DNA from: Octopus vulgaris
Taxonomy: Eukaryota
Length of the DNA stretch: 64,000 bases
Direction of reading: 5' to 3'
NCBI GenBank assembly: GCA_951406725.2
Contig: OX597837.1
Span: 4,092,001-4,156,000, forward strand
Made by a program: the position numbers and the translations under genes
The notes under the pieces: model-generated
Told to the model about the DNA's origin: nothing
The model's database searches: none
What the model saw: the letters and a program-made list of their open reading frames with translations, nothing else
Shown here: one piece after another, positions 29,340-42,163 of the stretch
Layout: each line of letters begins with the position of its first letter
Position numbering within the stretch: the stretch's first letter is position 1

Positions 29340-30435
29340 AACCTGTTGTCATTAAATTCTTGACGAAGGAGAAATACTGACTCTTCGATAATCACCAAAA
29401 GCTATAAGATTTTTCAGTGTGGTGGTGGTGATGGTTGGGGGCACCAGAGACAAAATCAATGTGCACAATTAGATGGAAACTTTTAAACAAGAGAGAAACC
29501 CCCTTCAAGTCAAAACATGTAGTCGATAACTATCGGAAGACCATCAATACCTATTTCTTTATTACCCACACGGGGCTAAACATAGAGGGGACAAACAAGG
29601 ACAGACATAGGTATTAAGTCGATTACATCGACCCCAGTGCGTAACTGGTACTTAATTTATCGACCCCGAAAGGATGAAAGGCAAAGTCGACCTCAGCGGA
29701 ATTTGAACTCAGAACGTAACGAAATACGGCTACGCATTTCGCCCGGCGTGCTAACGATTCTGCCAGTTCGCCGCCTTGAAGACCATCAATACCGACAGCT
29801 CGCACAGATCAACAGCGAATGGACAAATTACTTCATTCGGATCGATGTGTCACAATCTGTATGCTTGCATCACTGCTGGATTGTGATCAAAATCCATTAC
29901 AGAAGTCAGAAGGAAATCCTAAATATTGGAAAGTGTTTGCACATTGAGTACCTAGACAGTTCCCAGAGGAGGAGGGAATACTGGAAGTCTTCTCAGGTTT
30001 GCCGAAAGGGTTTTAAGCCTATGAATACTTGATCTAGTGATAAAGAATGAAGTGTGGGCATATTTTTATGATCCAGAAACGGAAGTTTAGTCCATTGTAT
30101 GGCGTCACATTTCCTCTCCAGTGTCTAAGAAATTCAGTAGTCGACGAACAGCACTGAGTGACATAAAGATATCTTTTTTGGTGGTTGATAGCAAGGGCAT
30201 TATTCCCTTTCATACTTTGGAAACCGGTTATACTGTGTACAGCAAATGGGACATCGAAACGACCAAAGTGCTTAGAGAAGTCATTAAGAGTAAAATATTA
30301 GAAGCAACCCACATTTGACAGGGCCGTGCACCACCACACACTTCTTTGGTAACCAATCTGGCAATCAGCAAAACTGGGCAGCCTCCGTTCATCGTACAGT
30401 TCAGATATGATGCTTTCTGACTTTCCTGTCTTCGA
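29340..30435 (+). pseudogene. Degenerate mariner transposase relic, interrupted by SINE B
   Basis: Remnants FYDPETEV*SIVWRHISSPVSKKF and VDSKGIIPFHTLETGYTV match the mariner YDPETK.QS..W....SP..KK / D..GII....L..G.TV pattern. Confidence 0.7.
29552..29777 (-). mobile_element. SINE family B, full length with 16-bp target-site duplication
   Basis: TSD gaagaccatcaatacc at 29536-29551 and 29778-29793; inserted within a mariner relic. Confidence 0.9.
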
Positions 30436-30440
30436 TTTTT

Positions 30441-30850
30441 ATTTCTTTATTGCCCACAAGGGGCTAAACATAGAGGGGACAAACAAGGACAGACAAACGG
30501 ATTAAGTCGATTACATCAACCCCGGTGCGTAACTGGTACTTAATTTATCGACCCCGATAAAAGTAAAGTTGACCTTGGCAAAATTTGCACTCAGAACGTA
30601 ACGGCAGACGAAATACCTATTTCTTTACTACCCACAAGGGGCTAAACACAGAAGGGACGAACAAGGACAGACAAACGGATTAAGTCGATTATACCGACCC
30701 CAGTGCGTAACTGGTACTTATTTAATCGACCCCGAAAGGATGAAAGGCAAAGTCGACCTCGACGGAATTTGAACTCAGAACGTAGCGGCAGACGAAATAC
30801 CGCTAAGCATTCTGTCCAGCGTGCTAACGATTCTGCCAACTCGCCGCCTT
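30441..30850 (-). mobile_element. Two tandem SINE family B copies
   Basis: 30441-30617 is 5'-truncated; 30618-30850 is complete. Confidence 0.85.
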
Positions 30851-31879
30851 TTAATCGCCTTCGATTCTATAAAGGTCCGTCATGGCGACAACCATTTTTT
30901 TATGACAGAGGAGGAATAGAAATGGTTATATAAAAGTGGTTACAACAGTGCTCACCTAAAATGTTTCCTAAATGATTCGAGAACTAGGATCTACGATGAC
31001 GTAAATGTATCACTTGTAACGGAGAGGATGTTGAACAGTATCTTCGTAAATTTGAACCGTTTTATCAGCAAATACAATTTCAACAATCTATGCCAGTCAA
31101 AAGGAAAAGTTGTGCATTGTTTTTGGAATAACTCTCACATTGTCTCAATCATTCTAGTATCTGATAGGTTACTGGAAGAAGATACTCCTCTAAAGAGGTC
31201 ATATAGGTAATATGTCTAACAACGAGAAGCCCTTGTCACTTAGGAGTCCAACACATGTCCTAGTCACACTGAATTTTGGAGTTTCCTCCATTTATTAAAG
31301 AAGTTGTTATCAACACTAATGACTTTTCTTTTTATTGCAAGCATTATTTTGATTGATTAAAACCTTTTCCTTTATTTCAATATATTACACACGACATAAC
31401 TATGCATCGCTTTATCTCAAAACAAAATTTCATCTAGTTATCTTTTAAAATCTACGTGTATTAGATCTGTTCACATATAAATGTCGTCTAGAGTAAATAT
31501 ATGGATAAAGTAGATATATGCATATCTAGTTGTCGTTTCTCTCACATAATTATATCTAACTTATCCACGCTCATTGCATTAATATTTAAACACGAACTTA
31601 ACTGTTTTTTAAATTCTTTTGAGATAAAATTCAAGCGAATGACACGTCAGATTTTACAAAAGCTAGAAATTGTTTTTAGAATATACAGACATTCTCATAA
31701 AGACATTACATAATTGAATGTTCATTCACCTCTAACAGCATGAAACTTTTACAAATATGAAACTGTATTCTCAAACATGCATAACATCTTGGGAAACTTG
31801 TCTGAGCATCAAAACCAAGATCCATATAAAGAACTGCTATGTCTACCTTGGGTTCATTTATTAAAGTGCAGCATGGTCT

Positions 31880-32230
31880 ATAACATCAGAAATAAGAATG
31901 TGCTTGGAAAGCTGCTAAATGTGCTCCTTAAGAAGAATATTGAGGATAGCATGGATAGACAAAGTATCTAATGAAGAAGCGATGACACGGACTCCGGTAA
32001 ATAGGAAACCGCATTGTGGGATAAAGGCCAATGAACTTAGATTTCTTGGTCATGTGAGGAGGAAAGAGGGTCTGGAGAATTTAGCGATGAGCGAAGAGAT
32101 TGAAGGGAAAAGAAACAGAGGAATGTGAGAAGGATGATTCGGAATTAAAGCTGGACGAGTTGATTGGAATAAAGAAGATTTTAGCATCAGGAAGTGGAAC
32201 TGTTACAGAAAGCATAGAGCATAGTGGTCA
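31880..32230 (+). mobile_element. RTE-clade LINE C-terminal relic
   Basis: MCSLRRILRIAWIDKVSNEEAM...LRFLGHVRRKEGLENLAMSEEIEGKRNRG. Confidence 0.8.
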
Positions 32231-32275
32231 TGGAAACAAAAAAGAACCAAAGTAGTTATTCATTGCACCTTAGAA

Positions 32276-32314
<39 letters not shown>

Positions 32315-32546
32315 TTATGCTCATTGTTACGCTTTCTTTATTTGTACATCCATACATAAATGCAAACATATATGCATGTGTATGTGTGTGTATAGACCGT
32401 AGTGTTTGCATATACGTACAGGTGTATATATATACACACCCACATGTAAGCCTTAATGTGTAGGGAGTTATGTTCACACATACATGATTGTCTCCATATA
32501 CATAAATGTCATTTTTGCGCATAAAGACACATATCTATCTATCTCT

Positions 32547-32595
<49 letters not shown>

Positions 32596-33553
32596 AATCT
32601 ATCCATCCATTCATCCATCCATCCATACATACATACATACATACATACATACATGCAAACTCCCTCTCCCTCTCTCTCCCAGTCTCACACACACACACAT
32701 ACGTACATGCATACACAAAAGAAAAACACATATATTTTCAAACTCTATATAAAGGTGAGAGTGTATGAAATATTTTCTTTGAACGTGTGTTCACCTCTGT
32801 TGTTCGCTAATTCTCATACTTTCTCACTCCATCTCCCCTATCTCTCTCTCTCACTCCCACATCTTTACAAGTTACGTTGCTACGCAGTAAAACTCGCAAC
32901 AAACTGTAGGTTCCTGAAAGACTAAAATATGTATTCTTATTCAGTATTTCGGCAACAAAAGGCCATATTCAGGTACACAAATAACACAGTTAAATTGCAC
33001 AGCATGGCTCCCAGTAACAGTTACATTGAAGAACATTGCCTTTTGTTGACAAGTTATTTGAATAAAATTGATTTCTATTTCATTGCTACACAGACATCTT
33101 GTTTCTTGATTTTGCATTACATTGTAACAACAATACTTTCGTTCCAGCTAACGGTTAAACATTTTCACTAGAACTAACAACCCACAAAATTTCTTTTACA
33201 ATGACGTCATGCTTCCTTAAAAGAAAATATACGCTCACACGGAAAAATGTAGATCACTCAGGTGTATATAACACCTGTCAAACGTGATAGGACGTTCACA
33301 CCTAATACAACTGTAAACGGTGAATAATCCTTGTTCTTTGCGTTTTTGCTGATTACTATATTTATATATGCTAAAGAAAAAATTTATAAGTATAATTATA
33401 AATATGAATTAATAATTTTAATTTTAAATTCAAATAAGTTGAATTTTTAAATTTTATATTTTATATATTTTGTATATTATATCAATTATTTTTATTTTTA
33501 TGTTTTGGTTTATGTTTTTCATTGTTTGATTTGCCTAATATATCGCTAATTTA

Positions 33554-33606
<53 letters not shown>

Positions 33607-34161
33607 AGGCGGTGCTCCAGCATGGCCGCAGTCAAATGACTGAAACAAGTAAACGACTAAAAGAGTATATATATATATATAGGGATGGTATTATTTAATG
33701 CCATCACAAGTGGTAAGCGAATTATTAGCCGTACAGGCAAATTAATAAAATATATGCATACAATATTAGATATGTACATATATACAAAAGGGTACTCAAG
33801 CCATACCGTATGTATTCGATATTTTAAAGAATATGTCCCTTGCAGTCACAAATCTTCTACTGGAGATTCGCAGGTAAATGATTCATTGCTTAATTTCTTT
33901 ATTTATTTCTTTATTTCGTTCTTTATTTATTTAATTTTTTAATCATAAATGTTAAACATCGGAGTATAAAAATCATTAGTATTTTTGATTCACTCAAATT
34001 GTCCTGCCTGCCTACACTCAACGTGCGTAAATAAGAATGTTTTTTTCGTGGTGTGGGTATTTGACATCTCATTTCAGCATGTAGGAAGACCATTTACTGG
34101 TCCTTTCCCTTTGTGTATAAATTCACACACAGAGACAGACAGACAGAAACACACACACACA

Positions 34162-34198
<37 letters not shown>

Positions 34199-34274
34199 GC
34201 AAAAATGCTATTTCTAAAATCTCTCTAAGAGATCAACGCAGTAGTTGTACTAACAAGTAATATTCGAAGCCACT

Positions 34275-34597
34275 TCCACAAGGGTGTCTGTCCGAACGGA
34301 TTTTACTGCGAAGTTTTAACCTGAAGATGACATCTGTAGCTGGTTAACGATGCAGAGATGCACCCAATGCCAATAACTTGCGAGCAGTGAAGCGAACCCC
34401 TACCACCTTCTAGCGACAGGACCAGCAAGAAGCACGGCTGTCTCGTTGCTGATTCCGTCATTAGAAGCTGAAAGGTGTTCGCTTCCCAGCTCGCAGTTCA
34501 TCGGATGCATCTCTGCATGGTTAACCAGCTACTGGTGATGTGCTCTTCAGTTTCAAAAATCGCAATAGACTCAGTACGAACGGACAGCCTTGTTGAA
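34275..34597. mobile_element. Foldback/MITE-like element with ~130-bp imperfect inverted arms
   Basis: Paired segments tgtccgaacg/cgaacggaca, gtagctggttaac.atgcagagatgca/tgcatctctgcat.gttaaccagctac and gaagcgaac/gttcgcttc. Confidence 0.65.
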
Positions 34598-35065
34598 ATG
34601 GCTATGAATATTACTTTTAAATTTTATATTTTATATATTTTGTATATTATATTAATTATTTTCATTTTTATATTTTGGTTTATGTTTTTCACCGTTTGAT
34701 TTGCTGAATAGTGGTTTTATCTCTAATTTAATTCATATATATATATGTGTGTTTTGAAAAAAGCAAGCAGTCAGAATTTTAGTTAATTCTTTATTAGCGC
34801 TTTCGTTCGTTTGTCGAACTCGTGAAGAGAAAATCAAAATAATAAAAAACAGAACATTTTCTTGCTCATTTACATGAATCGGAGGGTTTTTTTGCTTTGT
34901 TTAGAAGAGGAGAAAGATATTTGTGTTGTTTTGGAAAAAGGGGGTAAAAGAGAAAGAAAGGCAAAGAATGGGAGGGAAAAATAGACTGGGAGAGAAGTTT
35001 CAGGACAATCAAGAAAGGGGTAAAAAGTAAAATAAAGGATGGGAAAAAGATAGATAGATACAGGA

Positions 35066-35099
<34 letters not shown>

Positions 35100-35452
35100 A
35101 AGAGCGAGAAAGGCGTTTCTTTTCAATTTGATGTGGTCAACTGAATGAAATTTCATTACAAAGCATTTTTCTTTTTTCTTCTTTTCATTCTCAATTTATA
35201 CCTATCAACATATTTGTAAATAAACACATTTTCTCAGAGGGTCTAGGTGACCTTTCAAGATATAAATTTTAGGAAGCAAGATGTGAAAGGGAGAGGGTGC
35301 GGTCGTCACTGAAAATAAAAAAAAGAGTTCATATTCCTTTGAAAATGTATATTTTTTTACACTTGTATAGTAAAATCCCATATTCTGTGTAATTCTGTTT
35401 TGCACGAACAAATATTTAATATTAGTACAACATAAATTAGAAAAATAAAGTC

Positions 35453-36311
35453 AGGCGCAGGAGTGGCTGCGTGGTAAGTAGCTTGCTTACTAACCACACG
35501 GTCATGGGTTCAGTCCTACTGTGTGGCACGTTGGGCAAGTCTCTTCTACTATAGCCTCGGGTCGACCAAAGCCTTGTGAGTGGATTTGGTAGGCGGAATC
35601 TGGAAACATATGTGTGTATATGTTTGTGTGTCCGTGTTTGCCCCCCATTACCAATATCACTGGATAACCGATGCTGGTGTGTTTACGTCCTCGTAACTTA
35701 GTGGTTCGGCAAAAGGAATCGATAGAATAAGTACTAGGCTTACACAGAATAAGCTCTGGGGGTGGATTTGCTCGACTAAACACACTTAGCATTGGTTGTC
35801 AATGGATGTTCGAGATACAAACAGAGACACACAAACATATATACGTATATATACAACGGGCTTCTATCAGTTTCCGTCTACCAAATCCACTCACAAGGCT
35901 TTTGTCAGCCGAATGCTATAGTAGTAGTCACTTGCGCAAGGTGCCACGCAGTGGAACCGAAATGAGAACCATATAGTTGGTAAGCAACTTATTCTTTTGT
36001 AAGCCCAGTACTTATTCTATCGGTCTCTTTTGCCGAACCGCTAAGTAACGGGGACATAAACACACCAGCATCGGTTGTCAAGCAATGCTAGGGGGACAAA
36101 TACAGACACACAAAAACACACACGCATATATATATATATACATATATACGACGGGCTTCTTTCAGTTTCCGTCTACAAAATCCACTCACAAGGCTTTGGT
36201 CGGCCTGAGGTTATAGTAGAAGACACTTGCCCAAGGTGCCACGCAGTGGGACTGAACCCGAAACCATCTGGTTGGTAAACAAGCTACTTATCACACAGCC
36301 ACTCCTGTGCC
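35453..36311. mobile_element. Cluster of three SINE family A copies (one +, two -)
   Basis: Copies at 35453-35780 (+), 35790-35990 (-) and 35988-36311 (-). The last is near-identical to 41671-41990, sharing diagnostic variants. Confidence 0.85.
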
Positions 36312-36355
36312 TATATATATATATATATATATATACATACACATACATATATATA

Positions 36356-36417
<62 letters not shown>

Positions 36418-36421
<4 letters not shown>

Positions 36422-36868
36422 AATATTAGGGAATAAATCCAAATTTACAGGGAAAAATCAGATTTAGGATTGAATCCAATTTTATAGTAAAATATTATAT
36501 AATATTAATTAGAGACAAAACCACTATTATGCAAATCAAACAAAGAAAGACTTAATCCAATACATAAAAAATTTAATATAAATTAAATAAAATTAAGTTA
36601 TCCACTACAATTGTTTCTTGTCACTTCTAAGGACATTCATCAGGTGGTTTCAAGACCTTCTATTCAATTTTAAATTATGAAGTAATTTAATTCATAATTT
36701 AAAATTGAATAGAAGGTCTTGAAACCACCTGATGAATGTCCTTAGAAGTGACAAGAAACAATTGTAGTGGATAACTTAATTTTATTTAATTTATATTAAA
36801 TTTTTTATGTATTGGATTAAGTCTTTCTTTGTTTGATTTGCATAATAGTGGTTTTGTCTCTAATTAAT

Positions 36869-36870
<2 letters not shown>
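36418..36870. mobile_element. (TA)n-embedded palindromic element carrying hammerhead motifs (Penelope-like pseudo-LTR), copy A
   Basis: About 85 bp of unique sequence, then ~180-bp inverted arms at 36502-36681 and 36691-36870, with (TA)n on both sides. Homologous to 43685-44118. Confidence 0.8.
36725..36770 (+). ncRNA. Minimal type-I hammerhead ribozyme motif (mirror copy 36602-36647 on -)
   Basis: ccac-CTGATGA-a-tgtc...gaca-a-GAAA-caatt-GTA-gtgg: stem I ccac/gtgg, stem II tgtc/gaca, palindromic stem III ACAATTGT, cleavage triplet GUA. Confidence 0.75.
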
Positions 36871-36906
<36 letters not shown>

Positions 36907-36960
36907 CACATACATACATATATATATGTATATATATGTATATATATATATATATGTGTG

Positions 36961-36991
<31 letters not shown>

Positions 36992-37177
36992 GATAATTTA
37001 TAGGGATGAGTATCCTGTTATTAACATTGGAGCCTCATTCAGAAACAGCAGTGATAGTGTAATACAAATGTTTTCTCTTCATGCATCATCATTACTATTA
37101 AAAAAAATAATGAAGTGGTGAAATGATTATGAAGAAGCTTTCTCCTCGGTCACCCAAACCATCTGGCATGATTTACT

Positions 37178-37363
37178 TTAGTCATACAATTTCATGATAT
37201 CTTCAATTGGGTAACGCTTTAGATCGGGCACTGCTGCATCTTTAGCTGCGTATCCTATGGGTAGCAATATGAGTACTTTCTCGTTTATTGGACGCTGAAG
37301 CATCTGTCGAAGTGCAGGACCAGAATTTAGTGGCGTTGTGGTTACTGTAACAAGACCAGCGTT
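37178..37363 (-). CDS. IYD: Iodotyrosine deiodinase last coding exon
   Basis: Acceptor ttttcag|AAC. Translates [61 protein letters not shown], with the conserved [13 protein letters not shown] and VPDLKR motifs; TAA at 37180-37178. Confidence 0.95.
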   Translation of the reverse strand, partial: NAGLVTVTTTPLNSGPALRQMLQRPINEKVLILLPIGYAAKDAAVPDLKRYPIEDIMKLYD

Positions 37364-37609
37364 CTGAAAATCATAATGAAATTAAAAAAACGTCATAACT
37401 TTTACACAACCGAATTCGAGAAGCGAAATATTTTAAAGAAGCAGCGCAAATGAGGTAAAGTGGAAAAGTCAAAGTGATTTACTGGGAAAATAGATGCCCA
37501 CATATAAGCAAGCGTTGCTTGCATGACTGCGCGGTTGAAGAGTTCGGTTTTCTCATGCAGGTTTTCGATGTGTAAAAACGTCGCATAGTGACGAACTATT
37601 TGATGTATT

Positions 37610-38120
37610 TATGGGGTCATATAAGCTACTGGGAAAGACTCAAGAGATTAAAACTCTATTCCTTGGAGCGTAGGCGAGAAAGATATGCCATAATATACAT
37701 CTGGAAGATCCTAGAAGGACTTGTCCCAAACTTTGGCATCGAGAGTTACACAAATGACAGAACTGGGCGCCACTGCATAGTGCCAAGGACTCCAAATTTG
37801 TAGGACAAGATACTGCGATAGCCTGGGCTTCAGAGTTCCACAGCTCTTCAATATCCTCCCGAAGAACCTGAGAGACCTGCATGAAGTGGATACAGATGTC
37901 TTTAAAATAAAACTGGATCGCTTCCTGTCAGGTGTCCCAGATGAACCAACTTCACGGCAGGAGGTGCAGATGATGGCAGCTGTATCGAACTCTCTCATGC
38001 ATCAAATGGCAATTGCTAAAAAGCATTCGTGAAGTAAAATCATGTAGCAACACCAAATGGCGGTGCCCCAGCATGGCCACAGCTCGTGAGCTGAAACTAG
38101 ATAAAATAAAATTAAAAATA
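37610..38120 (+). mobile_element. CR1-like LINE 3' fragment (in last IYD intron)
   Basis: ISYWERLKRLKLYSLERRRERYAIIYIWKILEGLVPN is a CR1-type ORF2 C-terminus; the 3' end is GGCGGTGCCCCAGCATGGCCACAGCT..AGCTGAAACTAGA(TAAAA)n. A related minus-strand fragment lies at ~39535-39730. Confidence 0.82.
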
Positions 38121-39156
38121 AATATGTTAGTACTGACGTTCATGATCTTGTGGGCTTATTTATATGAATCACATTGAGATATAGCTACGCATTTCATGAT
38201 ATTGGCCTATACCGTGACAACGGTTTGGGTATTTCCCGTCGGTGTAATGGATACACCCTTCATAGATTTACGAAGCAATTAATTTCTACCTTTAATCTTA
38301 TTATTATCAGAATATTATGCGGATAGCAGAACCATTTTCCTGCTGATTCCGATGATCACACACTGTAAGGAATGATATGATTATCGTTAGAACCACCGAA
38401 CTTCTGCAAAACCATATAATTTCTAATGGCTAGCCTATCTTATATATATCGTGCTTCATATCGCTTTATATCTTTGCGAACGTTCTTCGAATCGTTTTAT
38501 ATCTTTCCGAACGTTTTATAAGCTTCTGGAATTTATACGTTCACTATTACAAGTCAAACACAATTTCTACCTTTCGATTTATTATATTCCAATAGTAATA
38601 CCGGGCACTGGCCTTGGATTTCATATTTTACAAGTCATTATGACGTTCGTCCAAAAGATTGTGTTGCTTTATGAAGAAAAACCAGCAAAACCAAGGATTG
38701 TGAAGTGGGAGACACAACAGACGTTCAAAAATACACACAGACTGTTAACTTCATTTAAATATTTATTATTTCCAGCCAAAACTTTTATTGCATCAACAGC
38801 TACGTGGTCATTCAAAACCACACGAAGTCTGTTGACTCCATTTTAATATTTATTATTTGGTACGACAAAAATTTTGGCATTAAACAATAATTTTTAAGTT
38901 AAGCTCTCTTAGAGTGTTTATGAATGACTGATACGTCTCGCACACGGCAATCGCTTTAGTTTCAACATGCTGCCTCACCTTTAACCACTTACCTGGTCAG
39001 TATATTTCCGAACCGAAAATCAATTTGTGATATATGTATACTTCTTTGGAACGAATTTATTTTATTGATATTTTGCAAGTGTTTTAAGGAGGTTTTAGAA
39101 AATGTGTAACTTTTATGCTTTGCTCCACGGTTACCTGTTATTACTTATGGAATTAC

Positions 39157-39252
39157 CTGAATTGCTGCCAGCATTATTCCAACAGATATACTCGTACTAA
39201 TCTCGTTGTAATAATAGTTGATCTTCTTATCATTTTCACCAATTCCATACAC
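39157..39252 (-). CDS. IYD: Iodotyrosine deiodinase coding exon
   Basis: Boundaries tttcag|GTG and CAG|gtaatt; 96 nt, phase 0/0. Translates VYGIGENDKKINYYYNEISTSISVGIMLAAIQ (IYD YYNEIS.SI..G.LLAA.Q). Too short for the ORF track; found by manual translation. Confidence 0.93.
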
Positions 39253-39341
39253 CTGAAACAAAATAGCTTAGCTTTTAATGAGATCTCATAGGAGTACTAC
39301 AACTATAGGATTCAAGTAATTTATCCCCGCAGATTACAATT

Positions 39342-39373
<32 letters not shown>

Positions 39374-40298
39374 CATCATTATATGTACTTTTAATCGGCA
39401 TCTTGCTTACAGAAACTTGCCGAGACACACCCAGCGTCCTGAGGCAAGTGAAGGATAAGACACTTTACAGTATGACAGAAAGCTTGGGGGAGGGGAAGGA
39501 AGTGAAATATCGTCATGTAATACAACAAAGACATTTAAATGAATAAATGAAACCTCCTCTGATATGTGACATTTGATGCTGCTGCCCTCATCTGTGTTTC
39601 TTGCCGTGAAGTAAGCTCATCTGGAACCCTTAGCGAGAAGAGATCCGGTTCTGTTTTGAAGACACATACATCCACACTATGGAGGTCTCTCAGCAATTTT
39701 CGAAGGATACTGAAGAGCTGCGGGTACTTGACACTCACTTACATGGATTTGGTCAACCCGAGGGTATAATACAAGACATTTGCCCAGATTGCCATGTAGT
39801 GGAACTGAACCTGAAACCATGTGGTTTGGAAGCCAGCTTCCCACCAAACAGCCACGCCTGCGCCGATTAACATTTATAATGTTTTGTATCCTACTCTGAT
39901 TCGTTCTTATCTCGATATGATTCCCAGCATTTCACTCTCTGTCTCTCACAGTATTCCTCCTCTCTTTCCCAATATATATATTCTATATATATATATAATA
40001 TAATTTTCAATATAAAATAGTCTACATTTAAACACAAGAGAAGCTGCCTTAAGTATATATATATATATATATATATGTACATATGTATTATATATATGTG
40101 TATGTGTGTGTGTGTTTATGCATACATACATGTAGGGTTATATATACGCATATACGCACAGTGCCATAAATCAAAACTTCTTCGCAATAACTTTAGCATT
40201 AAATAATATTTATGTACATTTTAAATTGGAAAAAAAGTATATTTTTATTAAAGAATAAAAATCACAATTCGATACAACAGAATAATTTTTTTGTTTAC

Positions 40299-40522
40299 CT
40301 TCTTTAAAATAACAATGATATATGGAGCTTCTTCCAGATACGGTTTCACCCACGTGGTCTGGGTTCTAGTTTGTACATCATACACCCAAGTTTTTCCCAT
40401 CCTCCGTCTATAATTCATCTCTTCTTCAGTCTCGATGACTTTACGTATTTCTGCTTTGAGTTGCTGGTTTGATATCACTGCGTAGGTCCAGGGCTGAGTA
40501 TGCGCTCCGCTGGGAGAAGTCC
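40299..40522 (-). CDS. IYD: Iodotyrosine deiodinase coding exon (active-site lid)
   Basis: Boundaries ttggcag|GG and AAG|gtaaac; joins the previous exon in phase 1. Translates TSPSGAHTQPWTYAVISNQQLKAEIRKVIETEEEMNYRRRMGKTWVYDVQTRTQTTWVKPYLEEAPYIIVILKK, with the IYD substrate-binding Glu, Tyr (EEE.NY) and Lys (W.K.YL). Confidence 0.95.
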
Positions 40523-40726
40523 CTGCCAATAAAGACATAGACAGAGAAAGTAATATGATGCATGGAGTCCAGTAATAAATATCTTGGCGCCTCGCGTAAG
40601 TGATTTATTATTAAGACAATAATTTATTTGAGTGTATGATCATAGATGTCGTATCTGTTAAATGTATCTATACAAGGGAAATGTTTATGTATAAATATAT
40701 ATGTGTGTGTGTGTTTGTGTACATAT

Positions 40727-40797
<71 letters not shown>

Positions 40798-40848
40798 ATG
40801 TATATATATATGTATATATAATGTGTATATATATATATGTGTGTGTGT

Positions 40849-40889
<41 letters not shown>

Positions 40890-41064
40890 GTATATATATA
40901 CATACATATACATATATATATATATATGCATATATAAATGTATATGTATATGTAATGTATATATATATATATATATGCATATGTATATATAATGTGTGTA
41001 TATATATATGTGTGTGTATATAATGTGTGTGTATATATATATATATGTGTGTGTGTATATAATT

Positions 41065-41097
<33 letters not shown>

Positions 41098-41103
41098 TAT
41101 ATT

Positions 41104-41300
41104 AGCGCAATGGCCTAGTGGTTAGGGCAGCGGACTTGCGGTCGGAGGATCGCGGTTTCGATTCCCAGACCGGGCGTTGTGTGTGTTTATTGAGCGAAAA
41201 CACCTAAAAGCTCCACGAGGCTCCGGCAGGAGGTGGTGATCCCTGCTGTACTCAAAAGGCGGTGCTCCAGCATGGCCGCAGTCAAATGACTGAAACAAGT
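41104..41300 (+). mobile_element. SINE family C head joined to a family A tail
   Basis: GCGCAATGGCCTAGTGGTTAGGGCAGCGGAC...GGTTTCGATTCCC, then GGCGGTGCTCCAGCATGG... from 41258. Confidence 0.7.
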
Positions 41301-41627
41301 ACAAAAAAAAAAAAAAAAAAAATATATATATACATATGTTTTGGGGTGAATGGTGTGGGTGAGAATGTGTGGTTTTCAATACTGGATTGTTGTGCTGATT
41401 ATGGGAATGAGTTCTTTATAATTCTAACCCAGAAACGTGTCCACAACGGACCGAAGACTGTTTGATTTCGCTATTTGCCTATGTGAGTTACAAGTAATGT
41501 TATACGTGGAGTGATATCCGTAGTAAATAGGAATAAGCAGTCTTTGCCAGCTATTTCTAAATTTTCGGTATGTAGTTAAGAAACCTGTTGCTTAGCTCTA
41601 ATTATATATATCTATATATATATATAT

Positions 41628-41670
<43 letters not shown>

Positions 41671-42086
41671 ATGTAGGAGTGGCTGTGTGGTAAGTAGCTT
41701 GTTTACCAACCAGATGGTTCCGGGTTCAGTCCCACTGCGTGGCACCGTGGGCAAGTGTCTTCTACTATAGCCTCGGGTCGACCAAAGCCTTGTGAGTGGA
41801 TTTTGTAGACGGAAACTGAAAGAAGCCCGTCGTATATATGTATATATATATATGCGTGTGTGTTTTTGTGTGTCTGTATTTGTCCCCCTAGCATTGCTTG
41901 ACAACCGATGCCGGTGTGTTTATGTCCCCGTTACTTAGCGGTTCGGCAAAAGAGACCGATAGAATAAGTACTGGGCTTACAAAAGAATAAGTCCCGGAGT
42001 CGAGTTGCTCGATTAAAGGCGATTGAAGGCGGTGCTCCAGCATAGCCGCAGTCAAATGACTGAAACAAGTAAAAGAGTAAAGAGTA
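41671..42086 (+). mobile_element. SINE family A, full length
   Basis: Complete head, core, internal TA/TG tract and tail. Confidence 0.88.
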
Positions 42087-42163
42087 ATAACATTTTTTTT
42101 CGAAAAAACTTTTATCAATGGCCAGCATATTAAAAAATATCTTTTAAATGTTAAAATTATAAA

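Noticed and set aside
37000-37177. Possible SECIS/selenoprotein signal, given the 'deiodinase' call
   Set aside because: IYD is a flavoprotein unrelated to selenocysteine DIO enzymes; the CDS has no in-frame TGA and ends in TAA.
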